Source of the DNA: Shigella phage SH6
Direction: 5' to 3' (one strand)
Sequence record: KX828710
Length of the DNA stretch: 50,552 nt
Part shown: one piece after another, positions 17,179-28,700 of the stretch
Position numbering within the stretch: the stretch's first letter is position 1
How the letters are laid out: each line of letters opens with the position of its first letter
Program-made: the position numbers and the translations under genes
Notes under the pieces: generated by a model
The model's input: only the letters and a program-made list of their open reading frames with translations
Databases searched by the model: none
What the model was told of the DNA's origin: nothing

Positions 17179-17589
17179 ATGAATCAAGAAACTTTAATTG
17201 CAGTTATTGAGCAAATGCGAAAGCTGGTTCCGGCACTTCGTAAGGTTCCAGACGAAACGCTTTATTCGTGGGTAGAAATGGCTGAGCTATTTGTATGCCA
17301 GAAGACCTTTAAAGATGCATACGTCAAGGCGCTTGCTCTTTATGCATTGCACCTTGCTTTCCTTGATGGGGCGCTAAAAGGTGAAGATGAGGATCTTGAA
17401 TCGTACTCACGACGCGTTACGTCATTTTCCCTGAGCGGTGAATTTAGCCAGACTTTCGGAGAGGTGACGAAGAACCAGTCAGGAAACATGATGCTTTCGA
17501 CGCCGTGGGGTAAGATGTTCGAACAGCTTAAGGCGCGACGACGTGGTCGATTCGCATTAATGACAGGACTCCGTGGAGGATGCCACTAA
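17179..17589 (+). CDS. putative head-tail connector/adaptor
   Basis: Size and position between capsid and tail genes. Confidence 0.45.
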   Translation: MNQETLIAVIEQMRKLVPALRKVPDETLYSWVEMAELFVCQKTFKDAYVKALALYALHLAFLDGALKGEDEDLESYSRRVTSFSLSGEFSQTFGEVTKNQSGNMMLSTPWGKMFEQLKARRRGRFALMTGLRGGCH

Positions 17590-17960
17590 TGAACTACTCG
17601 CAGATTGAAAGGATGGCTCGCAAAGGCGTTGCTTTCTTCACCGATCCGTCAAGACCTATGAACCTGATAAAACAAGGTGAATACGGATATGATGAAAACG
17701 GATTTGAGATCCCACCAATGGAACAGGTTATTCCAATATCCGGCGCGACGCGAAGGCCGAACGCGCGTGAGATTGACGGTGAAACTATCCGCGCCTCAGA
17801 TATTTTGGGGATCTTCAATAATGATCATGAAATAAACGAAGGTGACTATATAGAGATTGATGGCATTCGTCATGTTGTCGTTGATGCTCGCCCGGTTCAG
17901 GCGTCACTGGAACCAGTCGCCTATCGTCCAGTATTGCGGAGGGTATCAGTCGGTGGCTAA
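17580..17960 (+). CDS. putative head-tail joining protein
   Basis: Size and position; overlapping start. Confidence 0.45.
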   Translation: MPLMNYSQIERMARKGVAFFTDPSRPMNLIKQGEYGYDENGFEIPPMEQVIPISGATRRPNAREIDGETIRASDILGIFNNDHEINEGDYIEIDGIRHVVVDARPVQASLEPVAYRPVLRRVSVGG

Positions 17961-18396
17961 TTATCAGATTCGTAGATTTCAAGGCGAGATTGATGCGTGG
18001 ATTAAGGCCGCTGAAAGCACGTTAGAACATGCCATTGAAATATTCGTAAGGGATGTTCACGACGCTCTTGTTAGCCGCTCCCCTGTTGATACAGGTCGAT
18101 TCAAGGGTAACTGGCAGATAACTTTTAACGAAATCCCTAACCACGCATTAAACCGATACGATAAAACTGGCGGCGTCGTCAGAGGTGAGGAACAGGCCAA
18201 AACTTATGGCATGTTCAGCCGTGGCGGCGCGATAACATCCGTTCACTTTTCAAACATGTTGATTTATGCAAACGCTCTTGAGTATGGTCATTCACAACAA
18301 GCGCCGAGCGGCGTTGTCGGCCTTGTGGCATTAAGGCTGAGATCATATATGGCTGACGCAATCAAGCAGGCAAGGAGACAGCAAAATGCACTATGA
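17953..18396 (+). CDS. putative neck/tail component
   Basis: GTG at 17953 with GGAGGG RBS overlapping upstream stop; track ORF 17857..18396 would otherwise overlap heavily. Confidence 0.45.
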   Translation: MANYQIRRFQGEIDAWIKAAESTLEHAIEIFVRDVHDALVSRSPVDTGRFKGNWQITFNEIPNHALNRYDKTGGVVRGEEQAKTYGMFSRGGAITSVHFSNMLIYANALEYGHSQQAPSGVVGLVALRLRSYMADAIKQARRQQNAL

Positions 18397-18784
18397 GTTA
18401 TCAGCGGCGGCGCGAGCCGCTTTTCTATCAAAGTACAGAGACTTTCCTCACTACATGGAAAACAGAAATTTCACACCGCCGAAGGATGGCGGGATGTGGC
18501 TGAGGTTCAACTACATTGAAGGGGATACGCTTTATCTATCCATTGACAGAAAGTGTAAATCTTACATCGCAATCGTTCAGATCGGCGTAGTGTTCCCGCC
18601 AGGATCAGGAGTTGATGAGGCAAGATTGAAAGCAAAAGAGATTGCTGATTTTTTCAAAGATGGTAAAATGCTTAACGTTGGTTATATTTTCGAGGGTGCA
18701 ATCGTGCATCAAATTGTTAAACATGAAAGCGGATGGATGATTCCGGTTCGCTTTACAGTACGAGTAGACACAAAGGAGACTTAA
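18386..18784 (+). CDS. putative tail completion/terminator protein
   Basis: Size and position immediately upstream of major tail protein. Confidence 0.45.
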   Translation: MHYELSAAARAAFLSKYRDFPHYMENRNFTPPKDGGMWLRFNYIEGDTLYLSIDRKCKSYIAIVQIGVVFPPGSGVDEARLKAKEIADFFKDGKMLNVGYIFEGAIVHQIVKHESGWMIPVRFTVRVDTKET

Positions 18785-18786
18785 TT

Positions 18787-19455
18787 ATGCACTTACCAAA
18801 TGGCGCACAAATTTTCGTGGAAACCTCTCGCGGGGTAGAGGTTGAGGCAACCGCTATCACTAACGCAGAAAATCCTGTTGCTACAGTTGCATCTAAGGGA
18901 GACTTGGTAAAAGGCGATTACGTTATTGTAACTCAGTCAACCTGGGCCAAGATGGTCAGTCGAGTGCTAATTGTTACTGACGCTCAGGAAACAAGCATCA
19001 CTCTAGCTGGGATTGACACCTCTGATACTCTTGTTTTCCCGGCTGGCGGTACGATGAGCTTTGCAAAAATTACTGGCTGGACTGAGATTCCTTGCGTACA
19101 GGAGATTGGTCAGGACGGCGGCGAGCAGCAGTATTACACTTATCAGTGTTTGTCCGACGATAAAGAGCAGCAGATCCCAACGTTTAAATCTGCGGTATCG
19201 CTAACGTACACTTTCGCGCACGAATTTGATAACCCGATCTACCCGATTCTGCGTAAGCTGGATTCGTCTGGTCAGGTAACAGCGGTTCGAATGTACGTGC
19301 CGAAAGCGAGCGAAATGCGTATGTGGGCTGGCATCTTGTCGTTTAACGATATCCCATCCACACAGGTTAACGAAATGGAAACGGTGGAACTCGCCGTATC
19401 CCTGAAAGGTGACTTTACTTTCATTTCCTCCACTCTGGCATCGCCTGGCGCTTAA
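18787..19455 (+). CDS. major tail protein
   Basis: ~220 aa, AAGGAGAC RBS, position upstream of G/G-T chaperone and tape measure; terminator downstream. Confidence 0.65.
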   Translation: MHLPNGAQIFVETSRGVEVEATAITNAENPVATVASKGDLVKGDYVIVTQSTWAKMVSRVLIVTDAQETSITLAGIDTSDTLVFPAGGTMSFAKITGWTEIPCVQEIGQDGGEQQYYTYQCLSDDKEQQIPTFKSAVSLTYTFAHEFDNPIYPILRKLDSSGQVTAVRMYVPKASEMRMWAGILSFNDIPSTQVNEMETVELAVSLKGDFTFISSTLASPGA

Positions 19456-19465
19456 ATACAATCCA

Positions 19466-19495
19466 TAGGGGGCTTGCGCCCCCTTATTCATTTCT
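19466..19495 (+). terminator. terminator-like hairpin after major tail gene
   Basis: GGGGGC TTGC GCCCCC hairpin; weak T-run. Confidence 0.45.
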
Positions 19496-19568
19496 GTAAA
19501 ATCATCCTATCAACTTTATTCGATTAACTTTTAACAAAAAGTGCTATCAACCAATCAGGAGAAACATC

Positions 19569-19886
19569 ATGGCTAAATTCAATTTCGTGTTGGGCCAGCT
19601 TCCAGACTTCAAACTCCCGGTGACGTTCACCATGCCAAACGGCGAGGATGCGACTATTATTTTTACAGTACGCCACCTTTCCAGTAAAGAAGTGCAAGAT
19701 ATGTATGCGAAGCAGGGCGAAATGAATGATAGCGATTTCATCACTAAGATCGCATCAGGATGGAATCTGGAAGAAGAATTTAACGAAGAGAATGCGCGTA
19801 AACTGGTACAGTATTATCCTTCCGCAGCGTACAATCTGACGGCAACTTACATCAAGGCGCTCGCCGGACACCGCGCAAAAAACTAA
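19569..19886 (+). CDS. tail assembly chaperone (lambda gpG-like)
   Basis: ~105 aa acidic protein immediately upstream of tape measure; slippery heptamer at its 3' end. Confidence 0.7.
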   Translation: MAKFNFVLGQLPDFKLPVTFTMPNGEDATIIFTVRHLSSKEVQDMYAKQGEMNDSDFITKIASGWNLEEEFNEENARKLVQYYPSAAYNLTATYIKALAGHRAKN

Positions 19887-20203
19887 AAAGGGCGGTTTAT
19901 CTGTTATATCAGAAACCGCCGACAGAAGAGCAATTGCGATCGGTTGGCCTCAGTCTTTCTGACTATGAAGATGAGGAACCGGAAACGATAATCGGCGATG
20001 CTGAAATGGTGAAGGCGTGGAATGTTTTTACGTCAATGCTCACTCAGTGGAGAAGTTCAGGCGCTGGAGCTTATGGTCTTGACTATAATGTTTTGCCTAT
20101 GTTGTTCAAAATCTATAAAATAGAAGATGAAGAACTGGCATTGCAGGACGTTAGGATCATGGAAGCGAAAGCGCTTGAAATGATTGCTAAGCAAAACAAC
20201 TAA
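19569..20203 (+). CDS. tail assembly chaperone G-T fusion (via programmed -1 frameshift at 19877-19883)
   Basis: -1 frame is open from the A_AAA_AAC heptamer to 20203 (track ORF 19934..20203); 8-bp hairpin 7 nt downstream. Confidence 0.6.
19877..19920 (+). other. programmed -1 ribosomal frameshift site (slippery heptamer A_AAA_AAC + stimulatory hairpin)
   Basis: Heptamer 19877-19883 just before G stop codon; 8-bp stem GGCGGTTT/AAACCGCC at 19891-19920. Confidence 0.6.
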
Positions 20204-20226
20204 GCCGCCGTTTGGCGGTTTTTTCG
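20204..20226 (+). terminator. rho-independent terminator after G-T
   Basis: GCCGCC GTTT GGCGGT hairpin + TTTTTT. Confidence 0.6.
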
Positions 20227-20241
20227 TATATAGGGGGTTAT

Positions 20242-23115
20242 ATGGTTGATAAGGTAGCAGGTCTGTCGCTTGACGTTGATGTGTCAACAGTGCAGCGCGC
20301 CGTCAAGTCACTGAAAGAGTTTTCAAAGGCCAACGACCAGGCCGCTGATTCTATGGGTTCTTTAATCAATGAGTCAGAGGTTGCAAAACAGAAGGCCAAA
20401 GAACACGCTGAACAACTAAAGCGCCAGAGAAAAGAGTATGAGGCCGTGGAGAAGGCAATCGATCCTACAGTATCAAAAATGGAAAGGTTGAAGATTGCAT
20501 CTCAGCAGCTTGATAAACTCTGGCAGCAGGGAGTCGTTCCAGATGAGACATTTTTCCGTTTGGGTGAAATGCTGGATCTGCAAAACGCAAAACTTGCTCG
20601 CAGCCGGGCCATGCTGACGGAAGAAGGTCAGGCAGCATTGCAGGAAGCGAAAGCAAAAGAGCAGGCGGCAGCACGCAGCAAGGCGTTCATGGATGCCCTG
20701 AATGGTCAAGTTAACGCGATCGGCAAGACTCATGCTGAATTGATGGAACTGAAAGCGGCTGAGCTTGGACTTTCGAATGAGGCAGCGCCACTGATCGCCA
20801 AACTGAAAGAGCAGGGACGAGCAATGAATGCCGCAGGTATTAGTGCAGGGCAATATAGGCAGGCAATGAGAATGCTTCCCGCACAGATTACCGACGTCGT
20901 TACATCTCTTGCGTCAGGTATGCCAGTTTGGATGGTTGCTATCCAGCAAGGTGGTCAAATAAAGGACTCGTTTGGCGGGATCGGGAATACGTTTAAGGTA
21001 TTGCTCAGCTATATTAATCCGGTCACAGTTGGTGTTGGTGTTCTTGTCGGATCTTTAGGTCTTCTGGCGAAAGCTGGTTATGACTCTTACAAGTCAATAA
21101 CTGACATTCAGAATGCGCTTATTGAGACTGGCGGTTATGCAGGTGTTACGGCTGAAGAGCTTGATTCAGTGTCTAAAAAGATCGCGCAGACAAGCAACTC
21201 AACCATTGGGAGTATTCGCGAGATTGTAACGGAGTTGGCGAGTTCTGGTAAGTACACCCGCGAGCAGATCCAGAACATCACTAAGGCTACCGCAGAGTGG
21301 TCAGCGTCAACAGGAAAATCAGCAAGTCAAATTATTTCTGAGTTCGACAAAATCGCAAGCGATCCGGTAAAAGGTCTGAAGAAGTTAAACGAGCAGTATA
21401 ATTTCCTTGAAAAAGGGCAGCTTACCTATATCGATACATTAAGCCGGACGAAAGGTGAAACTGAGGCAGTATCTGAAGCAACGAAATTATTCGCCGACGT
21501 AATGGAAAAGCGAATGAAGTTGATCGCGGATAATGCTACCCCTCTGGAAAAAATGTGGAACGATATTAAACAATGGGCTTCGGACGCGTGGGGATGGGTG
21601 GGTGATCATACACTTGGGGCGCTAAACCTGATTATCGACGTTGTTCAGGGTACAGTGATTCAGGTTAAAATGATTCTTGCGAAGGGTGATGAGTACATCT
21701 CAAACTTTATCGCCTCAGCCATAAAGGCAACTCAGTCACTGCCTGGAATGAGTGATTTCGGCGCTGATGTACTGAAGGAGCAGGAGAATATTGTAAAAAG
21801 TTCTCGCGACAACTACGATCAGTTAGCTTCAGAGCTTGACGCTATTAACGCTCGTGTAGAAAAAGGCGAGATGGGATACATTGAAGCAATGAGGCAGCGT
21901 CGCACCCTTGAAAAGCAGTACAGTGAGGAAACTAAGGAGGCAATAAGGAAAGAAGCAGAAGAGATCGAGAAGCGAAACCGAGAACGAAATAAGCAGTCGA
22001 AAATTGTACGCTCACCGACAGAGCAATTCGACAAGGAGTTAATTTCACTCAAGGCTCAACTTAAGGTATTGCAAGAGCACAAGGAGATCGGGCAAAAACT
22101 TTCCGCACAGAGAAAAGCGCTGTTTACGACCGAGGCGACGATTGCTGTTCTTCGTGAAGCCAGTTCCAAGCGTCAGTTGTCTGCGGAAGAAAAAGCATTG
22201 TTGGCAAGTCAGGAGAAGGTTGTAGAACTTGCTAAACAGAAGGCTGAGATTGGCGATCAGATTGTCAAGCAACAGCAGTTGAACGCACTTACCGACAAAT
22301 CACTGAAGTTTGTCAATGAGATGACGGCGGCGACGGAACAGCTTAACGCTTCACGAGGTCTTAGTACTCGCGAAATGGAACGACAAGCTGAACTAGCTAA
22401 AATCACCACTGATTACATCAACTCCGGCGGCAGCGAAGGAGACGAGAAGCTTCAGAACATGATTAAGGCGCAAAATGATTACTACGCTGCGGAAGATGCC
22501 AAGCGGGCTGACTGGTTGGCAGGTGCTGAAAGTGCTTTTGCTGATTACGGCGATTCTGCAATGGATATGTATGGTAACGTATATGATATCGCGTCAAGTT
22601 CACTTAACGGAATGAGTGATATGATGACTCAATTCCTGACTACAGGTAAGGCAAACTTTGAGGACTTTGCGAAAAACATCATTAGCATGATTATTAAGAT
22701 GATTGCTCAGATGGTAATATTCAATACGATCTCTGGCATGATGGGTGGTAAAACATGGAGTTTTGCAGGTGGATTGACTTCCGGCGCTTCTGCGGCATCA
22801 CAGACAACTCCTACGCCTGCCGCATCTGGTTTTAGGTCTTTATCTTCAGGTGTCGCCGTTACCTCGCTTGCTGCCGCTGCGGGTAGTGTTGCAACCTCTG
22901 GATTTAACGCATCTAAATCAGCACCGAAGGCAGTAAACCATTCAGGAGGTGGAACGGTCGTTGACGTTAGCGGAATGGAGGTGAAAGTTGACAACGGTTC
23001 AGATCCGAGGGGGATTTCTCAGGGTGTAGAAATGATGTTCAAAAAAATGATTCGTGAGTCTTGTTCGCAGGGCGGCGAGGTTTATAATTACATTCAGGAA
23101 AAAACAGGAGGTTAA
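20242..23115 (+). CDS. tail tape measure protein
   Basis: ~960 aa, coiled-coil-rich, hydrophobic/Gly-rich C-terminal segment; ATG at 20242 after terminator with AGGGGG RBS. Confidence 0.85.
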   Translation: MVDKVAGLSLDVDVSTVQRAVKSLKEFSKANDQAADSMGSLINESEVAKQKAKEHAEQLKRQRKEYEAVEKAIDPTVSKMERLKIASQQLDKLWQQGVVPDETFFRLGEMLDLQNAKLARSRAMLTEEGQAALQEAKAKEQAAARSKAFMDALNGQVNAIGKTHAELMELKAAELGLSNEAAPLIAKLKEQGRAMNAAGISAGQYRQAMRMLPAQITDVVTSLASGMPVWMVAIQQGGQIKDSFGGIGNTFKVLLSYINPVTVGVGVLVGSLGLLAKAGYDSYKSITDIQNALIETGGYAGVTAEELDSVSKKIAQTSNSTIGSIREIVTELASSGKYTREQIQNITKATAEWSASTGKSASQIISEFDKIASDPVKGLKKLNEQYNFLEKGQLTYIDTLSRTKGETEAVSEATKLFADVMEKRMKLIADNATPLEKMWNDIKQWASDAWGWVGDHTLGALNLIIDVVQGTVIQVKMILAKGDEYISNFIASAIKATQSLPGMSDFGADVLKEQENIVKSSRDNYDQLASELDAINARVEKGEMGYIEAMRQRRTLEKQYSEETKEAIRKEAEEIEKRNRERNKQSKIVRSPTEQFDKELISLKAQLKVLQEHKEIGQKLSAQRKALFTTEATIAVLREASSKRQLSAEEKALLASQEKVVELAKQKAEIGDQIVKQQQLNALTDKSLKFVNEMTAATEQLNASRGLSTREMERQAELAKITTDYINSGGSEGDEKLQNMIKAQNDYYAAEDAKRADWLAGAESAFADYGDSAMDMYGNVYDIASSSLNGMSDMMTQFLTTGKANFEDFAKNIISMIIKMIAQMVIFNTISGMMGGKTWSFAGGLTSGASAASQTTPTPAASGFRSLSSGVAVTSLAAAAGSVATSGFNASKSAPKAVNHSGGGTVVDVSGMEVKVDNGSDPRGISQGVEMMFKKMIRESCSQGGEVYNYIQEKTGG

Positions 23116-23117
23116 TA

Positions 23118-23471
23118 ATGGCGACACTTGACACTTTCGGTTGGTGTACGCAGGTTCAAGGGGGCGGCGGCTCCCTTACCACTACCAATAATGACCGCTC
23201 AATACAGTTTGGTAACGGCTACATGCAGCTTGCATCGTCTGGATTTAACACCACTCGACGCGAGTATTCAGTTGTCTATGCCGGGGAAGATTTCATGGCT
23301 GTTTACGACTTCTGTGACTCTCACCGCATTAAGCCGTTCGCATGGACGCCGCCGGACGGTAAGATCGGGATATGGGTAGTAAAGCCTAACAGTTTGGGAG
23401 CGAAGCCAGTATCGCGCGACGTGATGGAGATTAACGTAACGTTTATGGAGCAATTTACATCTATGGAGTAA
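23118..23471 (+). CDS. minor tail protein (lambda gpM-like)
   Basis: ~117 aa immediately after tape measure; conserved gene order M-L-K-I-J. Confidence 0.6.
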   Translation: MATLDTFGWCTQVQGGGGSLTTTNNDRSIQFGNGYMQLASSGFNTTRREYSVVYAGEDFMAVYDFCDSHRIKPFAWTPPDGKIGIWVVKPNSLGAKPVSRDVMEINVTFMEQFTSME

Positions 23472-23485
23472 CGCCATATAACAAA

Positions 23486-23509
23486 AGCCCGCCTTGCGCG
23501 GGTTTTTTT
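23486..23509 (+). terminator. rho-independent terminator
   Basis: CCCGCCTTGCGCGGG + TTTTTTT; identical hairpin at 25667. Confidence 0.65.
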
Positions 23510-23550
23510 GTAGCTGTAGAATGGTTGCAGACAAACAAGAGGAAAAATCA

Positions 23551-24333
23551 ATGAGCGAAAACAAAAAACTGTATGATGAAGAAAGCGGAAAGAGCCTGTT
23601 TCACAACTGCCTTCAATCACTATATCCGGGAGAGATAATCACTCTCATCGAAGTTGATGGTAGTAAGTTCGGCGCTCAGGTGTACCGATTCCACGGTGAG
23701 AATATCCAGTACACTCCAGAAGAAATCATGCAGGCCCAGCAAACTGGAACGCTACCGCCGAAGGAAATTACATTCCGTGGCGAGAAATACGGGGCGCGAC
23801 CTTTTGGTATATCCGGGATCTCGTTTGATAGTTCCGGAAAGGCAACAAAACCACAATTAACGGTGGCAAACATTGATAGTCGAGTATCTGCGATGATTCG
23901 TGCATATAACGGACTAATGCAAGCTAAGGTGACTATCTGGATAACTCAGCGTGAGCTTATTAACTCCGATGGCTCAATCGCTGATGGAGCTTACCGTAAA
24001 CTGGTATACTATATCGAGCGTCCGAACTATGTTGATAAAAGCGTTGCGCGATTCGATCTCACATCACCTTACGATATGGACGGCATCATGATCCCGTCTC
24101 GACTCACACAAAGCGTATGCTATTGGGCGCAAAGGGGGTGGTATAAAACAGGGAAAGGCTGCGGATACAACGGGCAAAATGGTTACTTCGATAAAGACAA
24201 TAATCCTGTAGACGATCCGTCGCTGGATTTTTGCCCGGGAACGGTAACGGCCTGCCGCCTGAGATTCGGCGCAAACAATGAATTGGATTTTGGCGGTTGC
24301 GCTGTCGCTTCATTACAGAGGAAAAATCAATGA
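23551..24333 (+). CDS. minor tail protein (lambda gpL-like)
   Basis: ~260 aa, position; Cys cluster near C-terminus; GAGGAAAAATCA RBS. Confidence 0.6.
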   Translation: MSENKKLYDEESGKSLFHNCLQSLYPGEIITLIEVDGSKFGAQVYRFHGENIQYTPEEIMQAQQTGTLPPKEITFRGEKYGARPFGISGISFDSSGKATKPQLTVANIDSRVSAMIRAYNGLMQAKVTIWITQRELINSDGSIADGAYRKLVYYIERPNYVDKSVARFDLTSPYDMDGIMIPSRLTQSVCYWAQRGWYKTGKGCGYNGQNGYFDKDNNPVDDPSLDFCPGTVTACRLRFGANNELDFGGCAVASLQRKNQ

Positions 24334-25064
24334 TTAGTGCAAAAATTAAACTTGAAATTATGACTCACGCTCAGGAGGAATACCCCCGCGAATGCTGCGG
24401 GGTAGTCACCCAAAAGGGCCGCGTGCAAAAATACCATCGCATTGATAATGTGCATCGTGATCCCGAGAATCATTTCATGATGGATGCTGTACAATACGCT
24501 TGCATTGAGGACGATGCGGAATCAACAACAATAGCAATTGTTCACAGCCACACAGGAGACGGGGCTACAACTCTACCAAGCGCTCACGATACGTGCATGT
24601 GCAACGAGATGGAAGTTACCTGGATTATTGTTAGCGTGCCGGAAGGGGATATGCGATTTGTGAAGCCGGAGAAATTGCCTCTGATTGGTCGTCCGTGGTC
24701 ATTAGGATCATTCGACTGTTACGGTCTTGTTATGGCGTGGCACAAAGAGCACGGCGTAGAATTGCGCGATCGCCGATTGAATTTTGAATGGTGGAAACCT
24801 GAGTACGGAATTAATCTCTATCAGGATTATTACAAGCAGGATGGCTTCGTTGAGATTCCAGATCAGAATAATCCGTCATTCGGTGATATGGTAATCATGC
24901 AGATAGGGCAAAACGTTCCGGTATGGAACCATGCAGGGATTTACCTGGGAGATAATCAGATCTTGCATCATGCCTTCGGCAAGCTATCTCGTCGTGATAT
25001 TTATTCCGGATGGTATCAGGATCATACTGTTTTAATCGTTCGCCATAAGGATCTTAAATTATGA
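24330..25064 (+). CDS. tail assembly protein K-like (MPN/JAMM + NlpC/P60)
   Basis: HSHTGDGATTLPSAHD (JAMM-like) and Cys-containing NlpC/P60-like C-terminal half; position. Confidence 0.65.
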   Translation: MISAKIKLEIMTHAQEEYPRECCGVVTQKGRVQKYHRIDNVHRDPENHFMMDAVQYACIEDDAESTTIAIVHSHTGDGATTLPSAHDTCMCNEMEVTWIIVSVPEGDMRFVKPEKLPLIGRPWSLGSFDCYGLVMAWHKEHGVELRDRRLNFEWWKPEYGINLYQDYYKQDGFVEIPDQNNPSFGDMVIMQIGQNVPVWNHAGIYLGDNQILHHAFGKLSRRDIYSGWYQDHTVLIVRHKDLKL

Positions 25065-25660
25065 ATGATGTAAAAGTAATTAAATTGTCAGGTTCACTTG
25101 GGAGACGCTTCGGCGTCTTTCACCGTTACGCTGTTGACTCTTACCCGGAAGCCATACGGGCGCTATCCAGTCAGGTGGACGGATTTAAAGAATACATGCA
25201 AAGCGAGGTAGGATCTCGTAGCAAGTTTGCAATATTTGTGGATGGCGTTAACGTGGGACACCATGAAGAGGAAAAATTCAAGTGCGCGAAAGAGATAAGA
25301 ATCGTACCGATCCCTACTGGCTCTAAGACGGGAGGTCTATTCCAGGTTGTATTGGGCGCGGCAATTATGGTTGCGGCATTCTATACTGGCGGCGCTTCTC
25401 TGGCTTTAATGGGCACAATGTCCTCGTCTCTGTTTATGATGGGCGGCGCTATGGTGCTGGGCGGTGTGATGCAGATGATTTCACCGCAGCCGGGTGGCGC
25501 AAACTTTGAAGTTCAATCAAGCAAGAATAAACCTTCGTACGCGTTCGGCGGTGCTGTCAATACGACGGCGGCGGGATACCCTCTCCCGGTCCCGTATGGA
25601 TATCGCGCCGGAGGTGGCGCAACTTTCTCAGCAGGTTCTTATGCTGAGGATATGAGTTAA
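25061..25660 (+). CDS. tail assembly protein I-like
   Basis: ~200 aa with Gly/Ala-rich hydrophobic C-terminal half; between K and J homologues. Confidence 0.55.
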   Translation: MNDVKVIKLSGSLGRRFGVFHRYAVDSYPEAIRALSSQVDGFKEYMQSEVGSRSKFAIFVDGVNVGHHEEEKFKCAKEIRIVPIPTGSKTGGLFQVVLGAAIMVAAFYTGGASLALMGTMSSSLFMMGGAMVLGGVMQMISPQPGGANFEVQSSKNKPSYAFGGAVNTTAAGYPLPVPYGYRAGGGATFSAGSYAEDMS

Positions 25661-25666
25661 AATTAA

Positions 25667-25689
25667 CCCGCCTTGCGCGGGTTTTTTTT
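25667..25689 (+). terminator. rho-independent terminator
   Basis: CCCGCCTTGCGCGGG + TTTTTTTT. Confidence 0.65.
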
Positions 25690-25693
25690 CGAC

Positions 25694-25704
25694 TGTATAA
25701 TGGG
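25694..25704 (+). promoter_or_regulatory. candidate -10 element (TGTATAATGG) downstream of terminator, upstream of J gene
   Basis: TATAAT hexamer; similar TGTAGAATGG after the identical terminator at 23511..23521. Confidence 0.3.
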
Positions 25705-25737
25705 TCCACCGATAAATAGCACAAAAAGGTAAACATC

Positions 25738-28700
25738 ATGATTCAAAAAGTGATAAGCGGATCTAAAGGTGGGTCACAGAAGCCTCATAACCCAGTTGAG
25801 ATGGAAGACAATCTAATCTCAATCAACAAAATCAAGATCCTGTTGGCTGTATCTGATGGTGAAATTGACGAAACATTCAGCCTAAAGCAGTTGATGTTTA
25901 ACTCAGTCCCGGTGCAAAACGAGGATGGATCGTTCAACTTCGAAGGGGTAAATGCTGAGTTCAGGCCGGGAACTCAGACGCAGGAATACATCAAGGGCAT
26001 GGAAGATAGCTCCAGTGAGGTAACTGTAAATCGTGAGGTTACTACCGATAACCCATACACGATCTCAGTAACCAACAAAACGCTGTCGGCAATCCGTATC
26101 AAAATGTTCATGCCTCGCGGCGTGCGAATTGAAAGTAACGGCGATAAAAACGGCGTTCGCGTTGAGTACGAAGTGCAACAAGCGGTTGATGGCGGTTCGT
26201 TTGAGACTGTTCTTACTGACGTAATCGAAGGCAAAACAATGTCAGGTTATGATCGAAGCCGTCGCGTAAACCTTCCGAACTTCAACAATCAGGTAATATT
26301 CAGAGTTGTTCGAAAGACTCCTGACTCCAGTGACTCGAATGTAGTTGATGCAATTCAGGTGAAAAGCTATGCCGAGGTGATTGATGCCAAATTCCGATAC
26401 CCTCTGACTGGTCTTCTTTTCGTAGAGTTCGATTCGAAGATGTTCCCCAACCAGTTACCTACGATCTCAATTCGTAAGCGTTGGAAGATTGTAAACGTTC
26501 CGTCGAACTACGATCCAGAATCGCGAACATACAACGGCAATTGGGATGGCACTTTCAAAAAAGCATGGACGAATAATCCGGCGTGGGTTCTTTATGACCT
26601 GATGATTAATCAGCGTTACGGCCTGGATCAGAAAGAGCTTGGTATCGCTGTCGATAAATGGGCGCTCTACGAGGCTGCGCAATATTGCGATCAGATGGTT
26701 CCTGATGGGAAGGGCGGGACGGAGCCTCGATACCTTTGCGACGTGATAATCCAGTCTCAGACTGACGCTTACAAGGTTATTCGAGATATTTGCTCAATCT
26801 TTCGAGGTATGAGTTTTTGGAATGGCGAAAGCATTTCGGTAATCATAGACAGGCCGCGCGAACCTGCGTACATCTTCACTAACGACAACGTTGTTAATGG
26901 TGACTTCTCCTACACGTTCGCAAGCGAAAAGAGCATGTACACGACGTGTAATGTGATGTTTGATGATGAACAAAACATGTATCAACAGGACGTTGAGCCA
27001 GTATTCGATCGTGAGGCTACTCTACGGTTCGGGAACAACGTAACGAGCATTACAGCGATCGGGTGCACTCGACGCAGCGAGGCTAACCGACGTGGGCGAT
27101 GGATTCTGAAAACGAACCTCCGCAGCACTACGGTAAACTTCGCTACCGGACTGGAAGGGATGATTCCGACAATCGGAGACGTGGTGGCAATATCTGATAA
27201 CTTCTGGTCAAGTAACTTGACGATGAACCTGTCAGGGCGATTGCTCGAAGTGTCAGGTAGTCAGATTTTCCTGCCGTTCCGCGTTGATGCTCGCGCAGGT
27301 GACTTTATTATCGTAAATAAGCCAGATGGCAAGCCCGTGAAGCGCACAATCTCAAGTGTTAGTGCGGATGGTAAGACCATAGAGATTAACATCGGCTTTG
27401 GCTTTCCTGTGAAGCCTAACACGGTATTCGCAATCGACCGCACCGACCTTGCGTTGCAGCAGTACGTAGTGACAAAAATCGACAAGGGCGATGATGATGA
27501 GGAATTTACCTACAAAATCACGGCGGTGGAGTACGATCCTAACAAGTACGATGAGATTGATTACGGAGTTAACATCGACGACAGACCGACGAGCATCGTT
27601 GAGCCAGATCAGATCCCTAGACCGGAAAACGTGCAAGTGTCCTCAGAGTCGAGAATCGTCCAGGGGATGAGCGTAGAAACGATGATTGTTAGCTGGGATA
27701 AAGTGCCGTACGCAGTTTTCTACGATGTCCAGTGGCGAAAGGATAACGGCAACTGGCAAAATGTACCGCAGACAGCAAACAAAGAGGTATACGTTGAAGG
27801 TATTTATGCTGGCAACTATCAGGTTCGCGTGCGCTCCGTCGCTGGTTCGGGCACGACTTCAGGATGGTCAAATATCGTCGCGGCAACGTTGACGGGTAAA
27901 CAGGGTGAACCGGGCAGACCGATTAACCTCACAGCTACGGATGATGTTGTTTTTGGTATCCGTACAAAATGGGGGTTCTCTGATGGTTCTGGAGATACAG
28001 CCTATACAGAGTTGCAACAGTCACCGGATGGAACAGTGGATAACGCAAGTTTGCTTTCTTTGATTCCGTATCCGCAGCACGAGTATTATCACTCACCGAT
28101 GCCTGGAGGGAATATTGTGTGGTATCGGGTAAGGACGGTTGACAGGATCGGTAACGTGTCTCAGTGGACTGATTTTGTCAGAGGTATGGCATCAACAAAC
28201 GTTGACGATATCATTGGGGAGATTTCTGTCGATATCGAAAACTCGCCGGGTTACGAGTGGCTTGTTGATAAAGCAACCGACAACGCGGCGCAGAACGCAG
28301 CTAACGCAGAGGCAGCAATAGAAAACGCACTCGCCAATGACAAAGACGCGATCTACATGAAGAAGGAGAACGGAAAACGAAAAGCTGAGTACACGAAATC
28401 ACTGAAACTTATTGCTGATGAGACGCAGGCACGAGTGACGGCGATCGAGCAATTGAAGGCAAGTTTTGGCGATCAGATTAGCGCTAGCAACAGCGAATTG
28501 CGTGAAGTTATCGCAACTGAGACTGGAGCGCTATCGCGTGAAATTGACCAACTCAAGGCAGAGATTGGTGATGATATCCAGGCAAGTTTGACCGATATCA
28601 GAGAGGCTATAGCAAACGAGACTGAGGCGAGAACGCAAGCTGACTTGTCGTTAAGCTCGAGGCTTGGGAATAATGAGGCGGCACTTTCTCAAAAACTTGA

